Made by a program: the position numbers and the translations under genes | Shown here: in pieces, positions 57,919-64,000 of the stretch | Numbering within the stretch: the stretch's first letter is position 1 | How the letters are laid out: each line of letters starts with the position of its first letter | NCBI GenBank assembly: GCA_963709925.1 | Contig: CAVPYC010000003.1 | Location: 42,061-106,060, forward strand | Direction: 5' to 3' | From: an uncultured Chloroflexia bacterium | Lineage (GTDB): Bacteria > Chloroflexota > Anaerolineae > Anaerolineales > E44-bin32 | Length of the DNA: 64,000 bases | The notes under the pieces: generated by a model | Database searches by the model: none | What the model saw: the letters and a program-made list of their open reading frames with translations, nothing else | What the model was told of the DNA's origin: nothing

Positions 57919-59050
57919 ATGAGCCGCCGCGCCGTCTTTCGCCCGTATCGCCCAAAGACGATCCTCAACAAGCACAAGCGCGCCGATCATTGGTTCTGGA
58001 CGCGCTACAGCGCCTACCCCTACATCGGCTGTCAGCACGGCTGCGAGTTCTGCTACTGCCGCGAGAGCAAGTACGCTCCCTACGACGACCCGGCCGACTT
58101 CGCTTACGTGATCAAGGTCAAGGAGAATGCCCCCGACCTGCTGCGGCGGGCGCTGGGCCGGGTGCCGGTCGACACGGTATTCACCGGCGACTACCAGCCA
58201 GCCGAGCGCAAGTTCGGGCTGTCGCGCAGGATGTTGGAGGTGTGTCTAGAGACCGGGTTCCCGGTCTTCGTACTCGAGCGTTCGCCGCTGGTCCTGCGCG
58301 ACCTCGACCTGCTCCAGGCGATCCACACCAGGGCCAGGGTGGTGGTCGCCTTCAGCATCATCAGCACCCCCGAGTTCGAAGCACGTCGATCGAGTGCGCT
58401 CGATGGAATGGCTTTCGCCTCCTGCGGAGAAGCGCTTCGCCGCCATGCGAACGCTGGCCGAGGCCGGGATTCCGACCGGGACCTGCCTGATGCCGATCCT
58501 GCCCGGCCTGTGCGACGACGACGCCAACCTGGAGTCAGTGGTCCGCTGGACGGCCGAGCACGGGGGTTCGTTCGTCCTGGCCGGTGGCCTGACCCTGGCC
58601 GACCAGCAGCGGTCGTACTTCTTCGACGTGCTCGGCCAGCGGTTCCCCGACCTGCTGAGGCCATACCAGGCGCTCTATACCCAGCGGGTAGTTACGGCGC
58701 CGCGGCGCACGACCACCGGCGCATTGGCCTGAAGGATCCGTGAGCTGTGTGAGCGGCTACGGCTCTGCTCGACCGGATGCCGCGGCCGATCATCCCCGGC
58801 GACAAGCGCGCCCTCAACAAGCGCGTGGTCGAAGCGCTGGCCAACCGACTCTACCAGATGGACCTCGGAGGGAGCACCAGCCAACCAGGTGTGGGCCTAT
58901 CGCAAGGCGGCCTGGGCGATCGAAGACCTGGAGCAGGATCTCGGGCTGGTCTACCGGACGATGGGCCGCAATGGGTTGGGTGCGATCGAGGGAGTGGGCC
59001 GTGGGATGGCGGGCGAAATCGAAGGGATCATGTCGGCCCAGATGGCCTAG
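57919..59050 (+). pseudogene. Radical SAM protein (SplB / DNA-photolyase-like COG1533 type) with a C-terminal helix-hairpin-helix-like tail; about four frame breaks
   Basis: The CxxxCxxC motif is YIGCQHGCEFCYC. ORF 58394..58732 continues the fold (AEAGIPTGTCLMPILPG). The tail pieces read RPIIPGDKRALNKRVVEALANRLY and VWAYRKAAWAIEDLEQDLGLVYRTMGRNGLGAIEGVG. Confidence 0.6.
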
Positions 59051-59281
59051 CGCAGGGGTTCCCCGGACCCCCTCGAAGCGGGGGCCACGGGCGCCAACCG
59101 GGAGCGCCCTGCCAGGCGGCGAGACAGCCCGGCTTCCTGGTGCCATTTGGGCCTAAGGCCGCAGACATTCTCCTAAGGAGTAGGGCCGCACGGACGGGCA
59201 CCAGTCCCAGGAGGCCCTGGGAGAATCCGCTTGGCGATGGAGACAGGACTGTGGCGTGCGCAAGGGAGGACGCCCGGTTCC

Positions 59282-61125
59282 TCATTGGAGTCCCTTCGGG
59301 CACACGATCGGCGCGGCCGTGGCGCAGTGTTCCACCCTTCCGCCGATCATGGTCATCAGCACATCAATCTCCGGGACGGCCTCGATCGGCACGGCTCGCG
59401 GGTCATCCGAGAGCACGACCAGGTCGGCCAGCTTGCCGGGAGCCAGGCTGCCCAGACGATCTTCATCGAAGGAGGTGTAGGCAGCATTGATGGTCAGCAG
59501 GCGGATCGCCTCCTCGACGCTGATGGTCTGCGCCGTCTGCCAAGGTTCAGGCGGGCGAGTCCAGTAAGCATCATTCCTGGTCGCCGCGGCGTGCAGGGCC
59601 CACATCACGGAGCCGTCGTGAGCCGGCCGGACGCCGCTGCGCCAATCGACCGACCCCCAGGGCGTATCCGTGTGGCCCACGGTGAAGACCCCGGCATCGA
59701 GGAAGTCCCGCGTCCGGACCATCCACGGCCACTGCTCCCGAGGCACAGAACGCTGGAAGGAGAGATCGTCCGGCATGAACGGCGTGCCGCCCAACCCGAC
59801 CGAGGCGACGATCCCCAGGCGCAGCATTCGGGCCAGTTGCTCGTCGGAAACGATGCCGGTGTGCTCTAGGCGGTGGCGGCGGATTCGATTGTCCTGGCCT
59901 TGTAGCGGGCCTCGTAGGCGGTCAGGATCAACTCATTGGCCTGCAGCGAGAAGGAGTGAGTCGCCACCTGCCAACCGGCGGCGTCGGCGCGCCGGACCAT
60001 CTCGGTCAGCGTTGGCTGGTCGAAGAAGATGGTCTCGCCCCATTCCTGGTCGAGGGCGGTCTCTGACTCCCGGGAACTGCAGGTAGGGGCTGTCGACGAC
60101 GGGTGAAGAGAACGACTCATACCACGTGGTGTGGTCGTAGTGAGCGTTGGCCGTAAGGTATCCTGAAACGCGCAGACGCAGCTCGCCGGCGCGGTCGAGG
60201 GCGCGCAGACCGTCCAGCCGACCCTGGTTGATGAACAACTCATGGAGCCCGGTCCAACCGTCCTCGATGGCGGCCTGGATCCACGCCTGCGGGGTAGCGA
60301 GCCCGGTCACATCGGCAAACAGGCCGAGATCGGTCAGCCGGTGCTGATGCTCGTCGATGAAGCCGGGGGTGACCGTGCGACCCTCGAGGTCGATGACCTG
60401 GGTCTTCGGGCCGGCCAGGGGCAGAATCTCGTGGTTACTGCCGACGGAAACGATCAAATCGCCGGCGATGGCGATGGCCTGGGCCACCGGCCGACTTTCC
60501 TCCATGGTCAACACGGTCCCGTTGTGCAGGATGACGTCGATCAATCCCTGTTCGCCGGCCGCCGGGAGCCCGTAGGCCTCGATCTCACGCCAGGCGACCC
60601 ATGACGGGCTTTCGATCGTCTCGACCTTGAGGTGTCGCACCTCTGTCCAGGCCAGGGCGGGGGTGAATTCAAGCGCCACCCCGTCCGAGGTCGATGAACG
60701 GAACTCATGCAGCAGGCGGTATTCCCCAGAATCGCCGCGCCCCCAGAACTCGATGGATCGTTCGGGCCCTCGGGGGACTGCGATGGGATCGAGCTGACCC
60801 GGTCGAGGTCGAAGGCGGCGCCGAGCTCGATTTCGATCCACTGGGTCGGGTGGCCGCCGGCGCTCCAGGCTGTCTCGGTGTCGCCGTCGACCGCGCTGGC
60901 CGCCGGCTGATCCGGCTCGGAGTTCGATGACGTGGCGAGCTTGCCGAGGGCGACGTTGAGCGTGGGAAGAACCGCCGACGCAGCGGTCAGGGTTGCAGGG
61001 ACCGTGGGTGCGATGTCGGTCGTCCTGGCGGGTGGCGCCGCCGGCGAGCCGCACGCTACCAGGGCGACCGACAGGGCGATGATCGGGGGGATGCGATGTG
61101 CCGAACCTGTCCGGCCTGAGATCAC
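59282..61125 (-). pseudogene. Lipoprotein combining an N-terminal F5/8 type C (discoidin) domain with a metal-dependent amidohydrolase (Amidohydro_3-like); at least four frame breaks
   Basis: The lipobox is LVAC (GTG at 61125 with a GGAGGA Shine-Dalgarno sequence). The discoidin part reads AVDGDTETAWSAGGHPTQWIEIELG...PSWVAWREIEAYG. The amidohydrolase part reads VTPGFIDEHQH...ATHSFSLQAN...LEHTGIV...GKLADLVVLSDDP. Confidence 0.65.
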
Positions 61126-61156
61126 AGATCCTCCTGCTATGCTGGAGAGACTCCGG

Positions 61157-61966
61157 TCACCGGGATTCCATCTCGAAGTAGTCGAAGTCCGCGTACGGGC
61201 TGGCCACAGTGGATTGCGCCGCGATCAGGCCGAGGGAAGACGGTGTCTTGTCGACGGTGTGGCTGCCGATCGGAAGCCAGTTCGACCCGTCGGTCGAGTA
61301 CGAAGCGGTGTACAGGTTTCCCTGGCGCTGGAGCTGCAGCACGTAGTCGAGGCCGAGCGCAGCCGGGGTGGACAGGCTGCCGCCGACAGCCCCGTCCTGG
61401 AGGTTGTCGAAGTACAGTCCGTCTCCGATGCACTCGGGGGTCGGCACCGGAACGAAGCACCCTGCCCGCCCCAACTGGGCGACGCTCCGCTCGTCGAACA
61501 GGACCACCAGGCCGGCGAATTCGAAGTTGTTGTGGGGGCTAAAACGCAGGTACGTCTTCATGCTGAAGTCGCCGGTCGGAGCGGGCCGCAGGAGCATGTT
61601 CTGCGGCGGCGCGTCGCCGAAAAAACTTCCCGAGGAGAGGTTGATCCGCAGCCATCCTTGCGTGTGGGTGAGCGAGAAACCGGGTTCCGGGCTCTTGAAC
61701 CACGTCCACCCGGTATCCATCGTCCCATCGAAGTCGTCGCGGAAGGCGGACGGGGCGGCAGTGGGTTGTGAAGCCGTGGTGGGCGATGCAATCGCGGAGG
61801 GCGAGGCCGGCTGGGCCGAGCCCACTGTCGGTTCGAGAATGATCTGGTCGGTCGACGGACCCTGCGGCAGAACGCTGCAAGCCAGGGCGGTCACCAGGGT
61901 CGGAAGCAGCAGGCGGGCGAAAAGGGCGGGCTTCAGGTCTCGGTCAAGGCGTTTCGGAGTGGCCAT
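61157..61966 (-). CDS. Lipoprotein with a concanavalin-A-like lectin/glucanase (LamG/DUF1349-like) domain
   Basis: The lipobox is LACS. FRDDFDG...GWTW...GWLRI...FEFAGLVV...YTASYSTDGSNW is present. An AGGAGA Shine-Dalgarno sequence is present. The ORF is intact at 269 aa. Confidence 0.6.
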   Translation of the reverse strand: MATPKRLDRDLKPALFARLLLPTLVTALACSVLPQGPSTDQIILEPTVGSAQPASPSAIASPTTASQPTAAPSAFRDDFDGTMDTGWTWFKSPEPGFSLTHTQGWLRINLSSGSFFGDAPPQNMLLRPAPTGDFSMKTYLRFSPHNNFEFAGLVVLFDERSVAQLGRAGCFVPVPTPECIGDGLYFDNLQDGAVGGSLSTPAALGLDYVLQLQRQGNLYTASYSTDGSNWLPIGSHTVDKTPSSLGLIAAQSTVASPYADFDYFEMESR

Positions 61967-62349
61967 GGCGAAAGTCTCCTGCGGCTGGGGATGTTCGCGG
62001 GAAGTGGACGGTGAAACCGAATGTCGGTCGGACGCAAGATGCTCCCGACCTCATCGAGACGCACGGGGGAGGGGTCGGAGGATGTCCCAGAGAAAGAGTG
62101 GCCCAGGGACGGCCGGAGTTGTCGAAGGGTAGAACGCGTGATATCCGCTGGCGTAGACCGGACGCCGAAGTTCAGGCATGCCATGCCCTCAGGCTCAGAG
62201 TTTCTACCGAACGGTCGCTCGACAGAAGTGGGACGCCCCCCGGCATCCCGCCCGCATAGGCTGCGGGCTCCCCTGGCTGGAAAGTAGGTTACATCAATCT
62301 ACGCTGAACGCAACGGGGAAGATCGGCCAGGATGAATTGCCTCGGCTTG

Positions 62350-63280
62350 TCAGCCACCGTTCTGCAGGAGCTCCTGCAACCATCCGGCAATGTGGTCGTA
62401 TTCGATGCGGTAGTGCTCGGGCAGCGCTCCGAGGACGCGGCGATAAGCCAGTGAGCGAAGAACCATCGCCAACCGATAGGCAACGACGGCGGCGTGCCGC
62501 AAGGAGGCCTGGTGAACCGAAGGCGCCAAAGGGCTCGAGGTAGACGTCGAGCAGCCGCTGGACCGCCGGGTCGGCTTCACTCAACCTTAGCCGAAATGCC
62601 GGATGCCGCAACATCACCAGAACGGAGAAGAACGGATGGCCGATCGAACTGTCGCCCCAGTCGATGAAGAACGGACTGCCATCGGCCCCGAGCAGTACGT
62701 TGGCGTCGTGGACCTCCTCGTGGACGATCGTCTCGGGGATCCCAAACGAGGCGAGCGACCCGCAGGCATCGGCGAACTCCGGGCGCAGGGCCAGCAGGCG
62801 CCGGTGTTCGTCGGTCGAGAGCCCACCGGGGCGGCCGAGGCGCAGCGACTCGGACTCATCGAGGAGCGTCTCGAATTGCGCCGGAAGGGTCGACAATCGC
62901 CGGTCGGGGGATCCGACGGCCAAGAGCGCGCCGGCGCGTTCGATGGCGTCGATCTGGAGCGCCGCGTAGCGCCGCAGAATCGGCTCCCAGCGCAGGAGAT
63001 CGGCCGGGAGGTTGATCACCGTTCGCAGGGGATCGCCGGCGTGAGCCAGCAAGAACCAGCCGCGCTGCGGTTCGATCGCCAGCGGGCGGACCACAAGATC
63101 CGGCTCACCCTCGGCCAGGGCGGAGGTCAGCGGCCCTTCGAAGAGCAGGGCGGGTGCGGGCGCCTTGAAGTAGACGATTCCGGAAGATGTCTGGATTCGC
63201 CCGAAGGCCGACCAGGGACGCCGGTGGAGTACTTCCAGCGGCCCGGTGGGAGACCGGCCGAGCCGTTCGAGTTCGCCCAA
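62350..63280 (-). CDS. Aminoglycoside/choline-kinase-family phosphotransferase (APH fold), one frame break near 62510
   Basis: VHEEVHDANVLL carries the catalytic loop and FFIDWGDSSIGHPFFS the DxG-type Mg site. The C-terminus continues in ORF 62350..62580. The TTG start is uncertain. Confidence 0.65.
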
Positions 63281-63391
63281 CGCCCAGCCGGAGGCCGATT
63301 CATCCAGCCCGACTCGACCCAGGGGAGGTGGGTCGGATTCACCGGAAGCGGAGTCACAACGGTTCCGCTGGCAAGGATGGGTTGGTGAAGG

Positions 63392-63622
63392 TCAGTCCTC
63401 CACGCCCAGACAGGTGAGAGTCTCGACCACCCCCGGGATCGGCTGGATCCCGGAGGCCATCACCCGTCCGATGGCGGCGACGTCGGGTCCCTCGACCACC
63501 GCCACGGCGTCGTAGGGGCCGAAGGTCATCGTGGCCTCGATCACTCCCTCGATCCGTCGGAGCTGACGGACCACCTCGCGGATTTCCCCGGTGCGGACGT
63601 GGATCAGGATGTAGGCGCGCAT
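63392..63622 (-). CDS. Stand-alone Lrp/AsnC-type ligand-binding (RAM) domain protein
   Basis: The 76-aa protein MRAYILIHVRTGEIREVVRQLRRIEGVIEATMTFGPYDAVAVVEG has a typical RAM-domain pattern and no HTH. Confidence 0.65.
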   Translation of the reverse strand: MRAYILIHVRTGEIREVVRQLRRIEGVIEATMTFGPYDAVAVVEGPDVAAIGRVMASGIQPIPGVVETLTCLGVED

Positions 63623-63640
63623 GACAACCCTTTCGTGAGC

Positions 63641-64000
63641 TCAGGCTTCACTGTGGCGAAGGAATACGAACCAATAGGTGGCCGCCACCAAGACCGTGCC
63701 GCCGATGAGGTTGCCGATCGTCACCGGGAGAAGGTTGGCCACCAGGAAGGAGCCCCAGCTCAGCCCGGAGGCGTCGACCCCGCTGGCGGCGGTGAAGGCG
63801 GGATCGAACCCCTGGATCAGCAACCCGATCGGGATGAAGTACATGTTGGCGATCGAGTGCTCGAACCCGGCGGCGACGAAGGCGGCGATCGGCAGGATCA
63901 CGGCGGCGATCTTGTCGACCGTGCTGCGGGCGCTGTAGGTCAGCCAGACCGCCAGGCAGACCAGCGCATTGCACAGGATGCCCAGCGCCACGGCTTGCCA
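63641..64000 (-). CDS. Formate/nitrite transporter family channel; 5' end beyond the window
   Basis: CNALVCLAVW...AAGFEHSIANMYFIP is the FNT signature. The frame stays open to the window edge. Confidence 0.8.
   Translation of the reverse strand, partial: WQAVALGILCNALVCLAVWLTYSARSTVDKIAAVILPIAAFVAAGFEHSIANMYFIPIGLLIQGFDPAFTAASGVDASGLSWGSFLVANLLPVTIGNLIGGTVLVAATYWFVFLRHSEA

Noticed and set aside
62080-62200. A possible TPP-riboswitch-like string on the reverse strand upstream of the LamG-like gene (CTGAG...CCTGAAC...ACGCCAGCGGA).
   Set aside because: Only fragments of the THI-box consensus are present. I could not draw the pairing partners for P2-P5. The downstream gene has no link to thiamine. 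It needs an Infernal scan before it can be claimed.

Overview
This is a GC-rich, GC3-skewed bacterial chromosomal window. Gene content and promoter style suggest a Chloroflexota- or Actinobacteria-like lineage, but the sequence alone cannot prove the taxon.

Most genes are housekeeping or metabolic:
- sdhC-sdhD and sdhA, separated by a degraded GH5 gene and a palindrome-rich insertion.
- A NosF/NosY/NosD-like ABC plus beta-helix module, followed by an S1 protease.
- An NAD-linked formate dehydrogenase, made of a NuoE-NuoF fusion and a selenocysteine-type FdhA.
- A secreted protein with four lamin-tail domains.
- gatC-gatA and gatB, separated by two unrelated genes.
- Glutamate dehydrogenase.
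- A tyrosine-catabolism cluster: aminotransferase, HPPD, FAH and HGD.
- GlpD with an ADPS-like flavoprotein, then MutM.
- A membrane-anchored metalloprotease of about 3.9 kb.
- A sulfotransferase / alkaline-phosphatase-superfamily envelope cluster.
- An MrfA-like helicase carrying an HNH insert.
- A GH5-discoidin glycosidase.
- A kinase-AAA-TPR giant.
- A radical SAM/HhH protein.
- A discoidin-amidohydrolase.
- An FNT channel.

I recognised no rRNA, tRNA, CRISPR array, transposase or integrase.

Two window-wide signals stand out. First, by manual count there are three to four dozen single-nucleotide frame breaks inside otherwise well-conserved genes. These are either assembly indels or pseudogenisation. 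Second, TGnTAnAAT-type extended -10 boxes recur. Several lie 6-9 nt upstream of start codons that lack Shine-Dalgarno sequences, which suggests leaderless mRNAs.

I did not find a convincing self-contained novel defence or mobile system. The most unusual items are listed as findings with explicit tests.
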